Source: Chrysomallon squamiferum (lineage: Eukaryota > Animalia > Mollusca). From it: a stretch of 64,000 nucleotides of DNA. Below the pieces are notes generated by a model, which was not told the origin of the DNA, did not search any database, and saw only the letters and a list, made by a program, of their open reading frames with translations. The stretch's first letter is position 1. Each line of letters opens with the position of its first letter. Below are positions 35,040-49,377 of this stretch, piece after piece. Location: positions 15,996,001-16,060,000 of the forward strand of contig CM022666.1 of assembly GCA_012295275.1 (NCBI GenBank), read 5' to 3'. The position numbers and the translations under genes were made by a program.

Positions 35040-36051
35040 GTTATTATTATTATTATTATTGTTATTATTACTTCTACTACTACTACTACTAGTTCTAATA
35101 TTAATTACCTCATGTTTGTAAGTTACTTAAGTTAACACAAAATGTATTAGATTATGAAATGTATAGTATCAATGATTCTTTAATTTTCAGTCACTGGGAA
35201 CCAAACAGTTTTCTAACAGACAGATCCTTTGTTCGTGTGTTTGTGAATATTAACAAATGTAGACAAGAAACGCGTTGATAAAAGGAGTCTGAATGTTGAA
35301 AGTGACGTCATTATTCTGTAATCATTTCTTTTTAAATTATTAACTCATGAATACAGTTCTAAATATCTTCATTGTCTGTTTTCTTTTCTGGAAAATTCTG
35401 AGAAAAAATTCTTTAGTTTTATCCAGACCTGTGTACATTACTTGTGTAAAATAACGTAAATATTTCCTTTTGATTTAAACATATCTTTATACATTTTTGA
35501 AATTTACGTATATATATATATATATATAATTCCATGCATATATCTATACACTGCTTATATTTACATCAATATAGCCTGCCTTTTGTTTTATGTACACCAT
35601 TATGCATTATTTGCTAAAGATTAGGTAAATATTTCCTTTGCTTTAAAACATCCTAAGTACTTCGTATAAAGCAAACATTGTGTTGCTACTAGAAGATGAA
35701 AGATTTATTATTTTTACATAACAAAAGATTTATCACATTTTTATCTATATATTTACCTGACCTAGAAGGAAGTCTAAGAATTATAAATCCAGCGAAAGTT
35801 ATCCGCTGTTGTCATACGGTTGTCTAGTCCTTGTTTATATCTTCTTTACCTTTCTTTCTTTTTCTTTCTTTCTTTCTTTCTTTTTTGACTGGGAACAAGG
35901 GATGATTTATGCGGATCTTTTTTATAGACAGGATAGCACGTACCATGGAATTTGAAAAATAATCAGAAGTTTACTATCAAGAACAGACATTTCTTTAATT
36001 TATCGTAGATTCTAAAACAATTTAACAGTCCGAAAACGATATTTTTATAAT

Positions 36052-36094
<43 letters not shown>

Positions 36095-36854
36095 GTTAGT
36101 CTATCAAATAATATTAATAATAATAATAATAATAATAATAACAACAACAACAACAACACAACAACAGCAGCAATGACAACAACAACAACAACAACAACAA
36201 TAATAATAATAATAATAATAATAACAATAACAATAACAATAACAATAACAATAACAATAAAGAAATCAAGAAAGAAAACAGAAAGAAAAAAATAAAGAAG
36301 AAGAAAAAAATAAATAAAAAATAAAAATAAAAATAAACTCCTCCATTGAAGTCGAGACGGCAAGGAACGTTTATGAATTAAGTTCGTTGACGCCTCGCCC
36401 GGACATGAAAGCTGACAAACGGGAGAGGGTGTTGTCGCTAATCTAATTCTCCTCACAGCTCGCTAATTGATTATGACAGCCCGACATGTCACCGCAAACA
36501 TCGCTTCAAATATTGATGGCTTTTATCCAAGACGATTCGCGCACCGGATTAATTTTAAAAGGGCAAAGACAGGAATCGGACAAACAAATTGAAATGGAGC
36601 CAAAGCGTGCGTACGTTTATGATTCAATATTGATAGTTTTGATGGAGAACCGCGAGCTTAATTAAAATCTCTGTGGAAATTCGGAAAAGTCTGTTGAAAC
36701 AATTTGATGGATTCTTTTGTATTTTTGTATTTTTTATTTTATTTTTTTTTTTTTTTTTTTTTTTGTTTTAACGTCAGTGTTGATGACGTTGGCGTTCAAA
36801 CACAGTGCCAAACGGAAACTGAACAATAAAACATAATAATAATAATAAAAAAAA

Positions 36855-36891
<37 letters not shown>

Positions 36892-37352
36892 AATTACGAT
36901 TTGTTTTCAGAATCATGTAAAATATGAATGATTTTCTTCTTTTATGATTTTTTTTTTATTTTTTTTATTTTATTTTATTTTATGATTTTTTTTTCGATTC
37001 GTTAATCATATCTGTGGATATTTTTTGTGTTTGTTGCTGTTACTCAAACTGAAATTCAAAATTCCTGGCTTAAACTCGGGTAATTTATTTATTTATTTAT
37101 TTATTTTTTTTTTTTTTTATATTTGCTTTAAGTTTTAATTATTTATTTATTATTATTTTTTTTATTTATGATGATGATGATCATCATATTATTACAAACT
37201 AATTTACTATAACTATTACAATTACAACAACCACTACTACTACCACTACCACTACCACTACCACTACTACTACTACTACCACTACCACTACCAATACCAG
37301 TACTGATACTACTAAAAAAAACTAATCAATAATAAAACGTAATAAATAATAA

Positions 37353-37394
<42 letters not shown>

Positions 37395-39915
37395 GAAGAA
37401 TAATAATAAGAAGAAGAAGAAGAAGAAGAAGAAAAAGAAGACTGATACCATAGGACAAAAACAAATATTTTTTGAACAGATTTCTCTTTAATAAGTTAAA
37501 CAAAAGTTGTTGTTTCTAAATTAATATAATCTTTTAGAACTTTTTTTTTTTGATGCTTATTAAAAACGAAACAATATTAACAAATAAAAGACATTCCATT
37601 TTTGAATGATTAAAAATTTTAAAATCAGATAAAACAAATTGATAAATGAATGAAAATAAATTTATAAAACAATAAAATAAAAAAATAAATAAATGAAATG
37701 AATTTAATAAACAAAGAAACAAACAAGAAAACAAAAAATGAATTATAAAAATAAAAAATAAATAACAAAATTTAATAATAAAATAAATAAAGGAACAAAT
37801 TTAATAAACAAATAAAAAATTAAAAAGAAATAAGTCATTTTGAATTCAAAACAACTATATAATATGCAAACTGAATGTTAAATTATTCACAATATAATGG
37901 TAATAATAATGATGATGATGATGATGATGATGATGATAATAATAATAATAATAAGTAAATAAAATTTAATATAATTTAAAATTAAAAAAATAAAAATGTT
38001 ATTAACGGGAAAGAAAAAAGCATGGATTGTTTTCAACTAAATAAATAATAAAAAATAATACTAATAAAATAATAAAATAAAATAAAAAATAAAATAATAA
38101 TATATATAAACAATGAAAAGAAAAAAAAAGAAAATTGTATATATTATTATTAAAACACTGCTTAACAGATTGTCAGTAGCAGGATGTATTTTTAACACTG
38201 TTTAGTAATTTAGATATGACAGTGACGAGTTTATACTGAAAATTAAATTCTCCGCGATTTAATTTTTACTTAATCAACAGAACTTCAGTACACAGTGAAA
38301 CTTGAGAACTAATTACAGCAGGGACAAAGCAAAAAAGTTTGTTTGGATTAAATTTCAGTATTTGATAAATAACAGGATGGTTCAAATCATTGTTTTTGAG
38401 GTGGGATCTGATTTCAAGAAGTTTACTGTTGTTGATTTTGTGATTATTACACTGTAGTGACACCTACTATATAAAACAGTGTGCATATTTACCAGAAGTG
38501 TTTGTATACAAAATATGTTAAAAAGACAAAAACACATGACAAAAGTGTAAATTTTTCTAAATTTTATTTGCAAATAACACTTTCATACAGAATGTAATAT
38601 CAACCGGTTTCGTTTTTGAAATTTGATTCAAACACTTAAAACGTGAAGATAAATAATTTTTAAGTGAAGATGGTTTTACTTAAACAACTCTATAAATATG
38701 TGTTTAATAACGATGATTCCTGTGATAGAAGAGTCAAGATGAAGTCACATGACCTGATACGTGTTTTGGAGTAACGCACAAACAAATGTGTATAACAGAT
38801 GAAATGATATGCCAAATGATGATCTCACATGTTTGTGTTTGCAGGAGACAAAACCAGTCCAGCATTGTAAACAACCAGGTATAGTTAAACATCTTTATTT
38901 GTGTTTGGTAAGTGAAAAAGATAATCAAACATGAACATATTGTCTGTAACAGAATACAATGATATTCGTGAATAGCTAACACTGTGAACCTATTTGCTGA
39001 AAGACAAACACGTTTAAACGTTTAACTAACATATTTAGTTTTGTTTGCAAATAAAAGTTAATTGAACAGAAGCTTTAAAGGACAAGTGGTTATTTGATGA
39101 TCTGAACAATCTGTTTTCATAAAAAAACAAATTTGCATAGTAAACCACACATACAGTTATTTAGTTATGAAGAAAGAAAGAAGAAATAATAATAATAATA
39201 ACTTTTTGTTCAGTTTACTTTGTAACAAACTCATGTTGACAAAGCAAATTTTTTTTCCCTAAAAGACAAAAATAAAAATTGAAAAAGTAAGAGAAATCAA
39301 TTAACTTACAAAACAAATATTTACAAAATATGATTTTTCTTTCTTTCTTTTCTTCTTTTCTCAGTACTTTCTTCATCAAATAATAATGAAAATAATTTAA
39401 AAAAAAAATAAAAAAAATAAGAATTTCAAACATTATTTGTTTGTTTAGTTTTACTTGTAAGTTTGTATAAAAAAAAAAAAAAAAAACGTCACTTGAAAAT
39501 GTGACAAATAAAAACAAAATCATATAATTTGAATACGGAGTAATTTTATCAAACTTTCCAAAAAATTAAAGAAACACAAATAAAATCATAACAGAACAAT
39601 AATAAAAGAAAATATTTGTCAATAATAATTAAATTATTATTTTTTAATTTTAATTTTTGTTTCCAAACAAAACTAGTATGCAATTATTTCCTCTCATTTT
39701 TCATGAAACACTAAAATGCTTTCTTTCTGATTTCTTCTCTGTAAAGTTCACAATCAAGTCTGACAAAGATGAAAGGTAAACTCATTTGTTTATCTCTTTC
39801 CTGACCTCCCTGAAGTCAAAAAACCGGTTTTCACCTCAGCATTATAGCACCACAGTAACAGAAATTACAACAGAACAGATATTCTGTGTTGTTTTCCTCC
39901 ACCTAACTAGCAGCA

Positions 39916-42900
39916 TCAGCCTATGGAGAGGTCTTCCAGTTCACTGAGGAGAGCTTCTTCTGTTTTTAACTTCTGGAGCTGAGAAAGAAACAAGATATTT
40001 TGGATTATTTGGGTTATATTTGCTTATATATCTAAATTTTTAATTTAAAAAAAATATTTTGATTACTGGCAGAGGAGATTTACTTTTTAAATAAACAACT
40101 GCTGATTTACAGTGGATGTACATTTGACATCTTTCAGTATACTACATTTATTTTAATAATAATCAAAATACTAATGTATTATTGCTTACTAGATTTTTCT
40201 AATGTTGTACAGTATACTAGATGTGTTTCAAAATCAGTCTATACTAGATGTGTTTCTAATGTTGTCCAGTATACTAGATGTGTTTTAATGTTGAAGTATA
40301 CTAGATGTGTTTCTAAGGTTTGTACTAAAACATTTGTAATGTACAGTGTATTTTGATGACGTTTGTCGCTATGGAGATGAAAACCAGTCTTACATCGTGG
40401 CTCTCTGTTAGTGAGTGTTAGAAGACACATTCAGGATTTGTATAAAACATTTGTAACATATTTATAACAGTCTAGTAACAGACATACATTAGTAATAGTC
40501 ATACATTTGCAATATACATTTGTAACATACACATTTGAAAGATACATATAATACACATACTAGTAACATACCTACACTAGTAATACACATACACTAGTTA
40601 CACATTCACTACACATATTCACATACACCTGTTACATGCACTAGTAACTCAGATAAACTAGTTACACTAGTCACATACATGCACTTGAGACAACTGATCT
40701 GTGCTGTCTGTTAAAAGTAATCAATATCTGCACTAACAAGATGGTTTTTAGTTGAGGAAGACTGACCTCTGACCTCTCACACAGTGGAAGATGTAGCTGG
40801 TAATTACACTATAATAATATTTTAAGATTTCTTCTGTACACAAAGTGAGGGTTTACTTAGATGTAAGAGTTAAAACAGGTTGATGTTAGTAATGGGTTTA
40901 AATTTCCTGGAATGTATATGCTTGTTTTGAAAATGTGCAAGTGTGTGTGAATGTGGTGTGTGTCAATGTATCAGTGTGTGTCTGTGTGTGTGTGTATATG
41001 GTTTAGATATGGGTCAAATTTAAATTCAACAGTTTAAACCCAGAAATCTTGACTATCAACTTTTACAAAATTCTACAATAGGTAAAGATTTTTTGAGGAG
41101 TCCTGTTTGGAATGGGAAACAAATTTCTTTTCAACTGGGAAGATCAATAGTTTCTAAATAAAAGGATTCTGATGGGGTTCTTAAAAATACATGAAAATAG
41201 CTACTGAAACCACTTTCACCCTGTCAGAAGTTTTATTTTGAAATGACAGAGTGATGTTCTAAGAAAAATAACCTGGTGGTTGGAACAAGTTAAAGAAACA
41301 GCTGTACTGACACATGTAATGGCTTCAACTTGTCACAAACTGTCTAACAGCAGTTTAAATAATTTATAAACCTCTGAGTATTGACAGAAGAGAGGCAGAC
41401 GATGCTTGAGGTGACAAAGAAACTTTCCAGACGGGACAATCAAACCAGGCAATTAAATCAAATCAGTGTTGATGCAAATGAATTTGTTTCCCAGACTGGT
41501 GCTGCTTGTTTTCAAGGAGGAAAGTAAGACAAACATGATGCAAATGAATTTGTTTCCCAGACTGGTGCTGCTTGTTTTCAAGGAGGAAAGTAAGACAAAC
41601 ATACACATGTAAATTAATTTGTTTCCTGGTCTGGTGTATTAAATTAAAAATAAACATGTTAAACTGAAATTATTTTAAAAATTTGAAAATATATTCTTGA
41701 TCAGCTTTTGTCATGTTTTATTTAAGAAAACAAGTTAGTAAATTTTCTACTACTCTTACTACAATTGTTGGTATTATTAGTAATAACAGTACTACTACTA
41801 CTACTACTACTTCTGCTGCTATCTCTGCATCTACAACCACAACCCATGCTGCTGCTACTACCACTACTATTACTAACAATAACAGTACTAATAACTTACT
41901 GTTGTTTAAGTAATTTCAGCTGTTTTATAATCAAATATGTTTGAAGTACAGCGTGGATGTGGGACTTGATATTTAAACTACAGTGGCAAGAAAATTATCA
42001 TGACAACTACTAGGATGATTTAAGAGATGTTTTACACTGGCCACAGAATTATTATCACAAGCAAGAGAGAGTTTGACTACAGTATCCAGAAAATTACTTT
42101 AACAAACAGTAACTACTAAGGTGTTGTGAAGATGGTTAAAGAGAGGACCAACCTGATTAAGTTCCAGCTGTTTCCCTGCTTTCTGCTGTTCTTTGAGCTT
42201 CTCTATCTGCTGTAACTTCTGAAAACAAAACAGTAACAATCACACACATCACCAAGTAACAGTTTAATACAAAACAGTAACAATCCCACACATCACCAAA
42301 TAACAGTTTAATACAAAACAACTCAATTAAGTACCATAACAGACAATAGGGAGGGTAAACAATTTACTTGTTCAAATCGGAGAGAAAGAAGAATGAAACT
42401 TTTTCATATTTCACTGTAACACTAATTACTCACCAAAGGTAAAAGATTGAGTAAATTTGCCATGTGAGTAGTGTGATTTACTCACTCAAATAAGAAAATG
42501 AGTGAAATGATATAAAATGTTCTGTTAGTGATGCTAATTACATATTTGAAAACAAAGGTAAACATGAAACTGAATGTATTTTTTGATAAATCTGTTCTAT
42601 AAGTTCTGACAAAGAACTGTTAGAACAACCCAACTGACACACTGGAGGTTTGATCCAGCAAACCTTCATGTCTCAGGAAACATTAAAATTACCAAACTAA
42701 AGCCCACATCAGGATGTTTACTTGAGAGGCATCAAAGCTGTGTAAACAAACGTATCCAGCAACAGATAACAAAAAAAAAATAATAATAATAAAAATAATA
42801 ATAACAAGGGTTAACATTAAAAGTTAATTTCAGGTACTTAACAAAGAGAAATGATGCAAACAGTTCTCACCTTTTTAAGATTTTTTATTTTCTTCAGTGT

Positions 42901-43296
42901 TTCTGGGTCAGCGTTGTTCAACACTTCGGAGGAAACCGACCGCGTTGCTGGGTGAACAACTTCTGGGGCAGCAACAGCTGGTTGGCTCTCCTTCTGAAAA
43001 ATAACCAATCACATTTCATGCTACTTTGGAAGTATAATACATAAGTCCAATCAAATGTTTCATTACAAAATAACAGAATATACAGGTATCTAATACATCT
43101 TTTTTTTAAGTGTTACATTTAACAAGCTGTTGTAAAGGATAAATATTTAATATTTAAATATTGTTTATTTGTAACCAATGTAGAGGATTTAACAAATAAA
43201 AAAAAAAAAATAAAATACAATAAAATAAAACCAAAACGTTAGCTTTTTTGTGTGCACATTTTTAAAAACAAGAATATATATATATATATGTGTATA

Positions 43297-43347
<51 letters not shown>

Positions 43348-46300
43348 ATACATATACATGTATACATAAAATAAAAATAAACACCTCTTCGACAGCTTTT
43401 GCTTTTTTTGCTGCTCTTTTCTTCTGATTCTTGGTGAGTGGTTTGTCTGAAAACACCAAACACACAAACACTGTACAATATGTGTGCGCTGCATGCAACA
43501 TATCTTGACATCACACTAGCTATGTACTACATACATACAGCCATCACTCATAATATTTCAAACTGAACTACCTTAATAAATATATATTTTTTTATACAGA
43601 TTTCATGCTGCTATAAAGAAATAAATGTATGAAAACAAAACATTACTGCAAAAATAAAAAATAAAAAAAAAAAAATGAAAATTTTTTTGAAAAAACAAAA
43701 CTAATAAATAAATTAAAACAAAACACCCCAAAAAAATAACAACAATAGTACTGGTGTTTAAATGACACTGCAGTTTCCTGATATTTTTATCTTTACACAG
43801 TCCAAAGCAATATTTGTAGTAATGAATAACAACATATCAAATATGTAATTAACTGGTTCTAAAATAAAAATGGTGTTAAAAGAAAAAAGCTGACAAAAAA
43901 TATGAAATAAGTAAGTATTTCAAAACATTAAGTTAAGAAAATGAGATCAAAGTGGAATGGGTCAAGGTCAGGTTGATGGTGACTGAAGGTGAAAATAAAG
44001 GTGTGACAGTAACAAGGTGAAGATCAAAGTGATGTTTTGGTGACTGTGAAGGTAAACAGACAGGTGAGGTGAATGTGTGTACCTGGGTCTACAGCTTTCA
44101 TGTTGGACGGAGGCTCTAATTCGTCCAGCGGTTTGCTCGCTGGTTTATCTCGAAGACCAGGAGGTCGGTACACAGCAACTTTACCTGAAGACATTTTTTT
44201 TTATAAAAATTAATTTAGAAAATAAAACAATCACATGCAGCAAACAATAAACTTAATATTCAATCCAAAACAAAAAAATTAAAAGAATCACGCATATCAG
44301 TAAACTAGATATTCAATTAATAAAAAAATTTAAATTAAAAAATGTGAAGATAAAAGACATTACTGCAACATGTTATGACTGAGTAATGCAGTGTAGAGAA
44401 ACAGTTATCCTGACAATTTATTGAAGGGCAGATGTAACCACAGAAAACACTGCAGATCTAAGCCTGGAGAATAGTCACAGTAAACACATTTTACTTAGTT
44501 ATTGTTAAGAAAAAACACACTGACCATAAAATTAAAAAAAAAAAAAACAAAAAAAAAAAAATAATATCAAAACTCCCAACACATAAAAACAACAACAAAA
44601 AAAAAAAAAAAAAAAAAAAAAATATTTTAAATGAACGTGTAAAACTCTGCCCCACACAGAGACTCACCCATCGGCTGCTGCACCCCCTCCACAGATTCCA
44701 CCGGTCTGTACCTGACAGGTTTCTCAGGGTAAACCCCGGGCAGGGCAGGCTGCCACGCCACTTCCCACAGTTCCTTGCCCTGTGTCGTGCTGCAGTGTGA
44801 CAGGGTTGTTCCTGTGTAGTGCCAGATCTTGTAACTGTAAACAAAAGTTAAACATCAACTTTTAAATACGTGATTTTTAAATATCAGTCTGTCACAGTGT
44901 GTGTGTGTTTGTCCTAAGAAATAGTCAATATCCACTGGTGTGTACCATGAATAATAAAGTCTAATAAAATCATTTACATGTACAAGTTTATTATTTTATT
45001 TTTTTAATAACCAATCATTGTTCATGATAAAGTGTAACTTTGTTATAAAACATCTGAACATTTGTTAAAAATCACAACATTCCCATTTTTCTGAACGTCT
45101 ATTGATAACATCACTAAATATATGACAAAACCATGGCTGTGTATATCTGAATGTGTGAAACATTCTTTCAAGCAAACTGATCCATACTGTGTGGAATTAT
45201 GTGATAAATTTCAAAACAATTGAAGCCAAAATGATTATTTAAATGTCCTCTGTAGTTGCTATACATTATTAATAATTAATAATATAATAATAAAATTAAA
45301 TAAATATAAATAAATATAAATAAATATAAATAAATAAAAATAATTTTAAATATATGTAATATATTTAGGCTATTTCTTCCTATCATAAAAGATTTTCTTT
45401 AATATCACATTTTGTAAATGTGTAAATACCATGCTTTAACACTGATAACAAAAACAAAATAGTTTAACAAACATTTAACCACTCACCTACATGTTTCAAA
45501 TTAATGTTTATTAATTAGCATTACGGCTACCAAATGAAATTACTGTCACAAATCCATAACTACTTGCCTAGGGAGATCAACATACTCTCCTTGAGAAGAA
45601 CAGGACAGCACTTGCCACCATCATTTTTTTTAGCATTGATAAACCAGCTGAATAGAAAGGTATACAGTCAGATATAACAAGGAAGAACTGGTCCCAGTAC
45701 CTATCAGACCTGTATTTACTGTGACTGCATCACTTACCAGTTTCCTACTCGTAACCGTGGAGAGCAGGTTGCCGTGACGAAATGCTCGCCGTCTGGGTGC
45801 CACATGAACATGGTTGTGTCTGGAGCCTTCGTCTGGCAGATCAGCTTCTTCTGCTTCATGTCCCAGAATTCCAAGTTCCCGCTCAGATTGCCAAACCCAG
45901 CCAGACACAGAAGTGACCAAGTTAAAGAAAGAATCAGAGATTTTCAAACTTTTGTTTGGTCTTTAAATAAACACTGTTTTAACTTTTCATAGTGTAGTTA
46001 TATTAACAATGATGACGATGATGAGCATAAAGTGATTATGATGACAGCAGATTCGAACAGCATGTATATTTTTAAAATCCTCTCATCTTCAAGCTACATT
46101 ATATAACTCTTCAACACACATTCATTCTTTTTCTTGAATACAGATGCACATGTACACACACACACAAACCAAACAGAGATTTCACTGCATTAATACACAT
46201 ACAAATGCTTTTTTTTCTGTTTCTGAAAATACTGGTCACAAAACAAGTTAAGACAGAATTGACTGTTTTGCTGTTAAATAAAAGGATATTGTTTCCGTGA

Positions 46301-49300
46301 CTGTTGTACCAAACGAGATTCCTTGGTCCTGTGCCGAAGTCAAACAATGACTCACATTTCAGATTAAACACAGTCACCTTGGATGGCATGTCTTGTACAG
46401 TTAAGGAAAAATTTCTAAATTTACATTAACACAAGTTTCTTATAAGAAAAAATCAATGATTTATTAGTATATAAATATATATATAAAAATAAACTTATTA
46501 GACTGAAATTAAGTTAAAAACACATCAATCATTAACAAACAGTATACAAGTTAGAATCCACACAAAATGAAATATTTTTATTTACTTTTAGAAAAACAAA
46601 ATTTATGAACACTGCATTTATAAAATCATTTATTTTCTTAATTTTTTTTTAATGATTTCTAGACCACTTTGTATATCAAAAGTTTTATTTTTATAATAAC
46701 CTTATAAAACAAGACACTTACTGATACAAATATTTAAAAAGAATTGTATTGACTTGTGACACAAACACACATACTAGTGTTTGATCTGTCAGACATGTGT
46801 GTAACACGGAGAAGACCAGGAATGTATGAAATCTCAGAGGTTTGTAACTGAAAGCTTGATAAAGGATACATCCATACACAACAGTGAACTCGTGTGAACG
46901 GGGGTGCCAGTCCATGCTGTAGATTGGACCATTTTAGCTGAAATAAACAAAATCTCAGTCAATTACACAACATTTCTGTACACAACTCATTACTAGGGAC
47001 TGTAAACTGTAAGTAGCAACTGCTTGTTGTTCTTGTGCATTTCTTTTTTTCTTGTTATTGGTGTTGTTTTGTTGTAAAATTAAAATACAAGCTCTGATGC
47101 AGTGAAATGTAACAAAAATGTTTTATGAGATGAAAATAAATTGATTATGGATGTGTCTACTTTTTGGCATCATGAAATCTGTGATCCAGTAAACACAAAA
47201 ACACTAAACTGTAATTAACAAAATGAGTGATTCTTACATTTTGTCATTGCAGATAAAGTGATGAAAATTAAAATTTCCTGTTCTGTTAGAAACAAAATGG
47301 TACAGGATCTAACCAGCACAGTAAATTGTGTCAGTGTTTTTAAAAAGAACATTAACAGGACAGTACATACACAGAGGCACAAGACAGCTTTCTCCATTTG
47401 TTCCTATGTAATGTAAACCTTGTTCTCCGTAATACGATGAATCTGATGATTCTGTTGATGTCAGGATTAGAAGTCCAGTCCCTGAAAAATTGTTTAGTGT
47501 ACATCAAAAAATAATAATTATAATAGATATTCAGGTTGTATCAACAATAAAATCATTGTCTGAAAATCACAGGTTGTATCAACAACAAAACCATTGTCTG
47601 AAAATGACATTAATCCAATTTGTGCATATTAAAAAATAATAATTATGATATATTCTTCTAGTGTCAAAAACAGAAAATATTACTAATCATCATATCAGTA
47701 TTATGTTGATATCAGTTACAGAGGTCAAGCTCATTAAATTATCATTTATTAATTTAGTTTATATTAGTAACATTTTTAGGAAGTTGACATTCTGCTGGTA
47801 TCAGAAATAGAAGTCCTATTTCTCAAAACATCACTTATCTGATTTTGTCTTACAATAAATAATAATAATTATAGTACAGATACTGTTCTGCTATCAATAA
47901 CACAAAGTCTAGTCTGTGAAAATATTTATTAGTTAATTTAGTGAACATATGAAATGATAGATACTGCAGACATATTGTATCCAATAGAAGAAGAAGAAGA
48001 AGAGAAAAAATTAAAAATAAATTAAGAATGAAATAAAAAACCCAAATACACTTAATTTGTTTCTCGGTTCAGTGAGCTAACTAATCTGGAATTTTTAAAT
48101 TTGTAACAAAAATGTTTTTACCTGCTTTGTTCCAGTACAGGTTTACTCTCTCAGCTTTGAAGAAACTCTTGTTAGCAATGGCTGCCGTCTGACCTCCGAA
48201 ATGTGGATACTTGTAGACTCTCACGTATGAAGGCTGACCCTGGTTCAAGAACAACACACAAAGCAAGGAAAATATTTAGTAAAACAAAATAATGGTCTAC
48301 CTCTGAGAAAATCCTGTTATCTGCATTTGCAAAACTAGTATAATAAACTGAATTACCTTTAATGATAACAATTTCTAGCATGTTCATCACATTCATGACT
48401 AAAAAAAATATAGATATTATTATTTTTACTTTTTTTTATTTAAATGAAATTAAAAATTAAAACACCAACTGACAACAAACAAAAGAAAAAAACAAAAACA
48501 ATGAACAAGCAGAAACAATATCTGGTTTAAAAACACAGATAAAAAGAAAACGGAGAAACAATTTAACATACAAGGTAAGTTGAACTGAAGATGAATTAAA
48601 AAAGTTGAAGATTTACCTTGCTGCCAGGTACATACGCTGCGACAGTGTATGGTTTAGCACACTGAGCGATGCTGTAGTCAGAAACTTTCTGTAAATGCAA
48701 CTTTGTCTTTATTGTGTCTGGAAAAACACAAACAGGTTATGTTAAAACATTCACACATTTAGTAGTATATAACATTTAAGTAAATAATCAAAATAATTAT
48801 ATAATTTATTATATATTTATAATTAAAAAATATTAAATAATAAAATAAAACAAATAAAAATAAACATCCTTCTACCATCCGAAATAGATACAACAAAAGT
48901 AAATATATTTACATAAACCAAAATTTGATTACATAAATCAATTATGAAAATAAATACAATTTTGAAGTTTTCATTATGGCAAGTTACAAGAAAAAAAAAA
49001 AAAAAAAATTGATAAATAAATAAATAAATAATAAAACAAATAATAAAAACAAATAATAAAAATAAATAATAATAATAATAAAAAATTAAAAATAAATAAA
49101 TCATAATATTGAAACTTAAAACAAATAATAATTAAAAAAATTAAAAACAAACTAGTCAGGCCAATATATTAATAAATTAATAAATATATTAAATATTCAA
49201 TAATATTAATAATAATAATATAAAAAAAGAAATAATAAAATTATAAAACATTTCACCAAAATTGTTATCTTCAAAGAACTGCAACTCATTGTTGACATTT

Positions 49301-49346
49301 CTGCCACAGATTCCATCATCATGACTCCACTGTGGACACCTGAGAA

Positions 49347-49377
<31 letters not shown>

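Noticed and set aside
35905-35960. Fragment GATCTTTTTTATAGACAGGATAGCACGTACCA reminiscent of a gastropod SINE-like repeat (vaguer echoes near 45600, 50370, 51270)
   Set aside because: Resemblance from memory only, short and degenerate; needs a repeat-library search.
42223-42320. Small intronic duplications next to eIF2A acceptors (also 47533-47607) and a second ACAG|GTGA 20 nt after the donor at 50614
   Set aside because: The duplications do not include the splice junction itself, and the extra donor is out of frame; too weak to count in the junction-amplification pattern.
48290-48395. Box C-like GTGATGA on the minus strand in an eIF2A intron (snoRNA candidate)
   Set aside because: No CTGA box D or terminal stem at a suitable distance.
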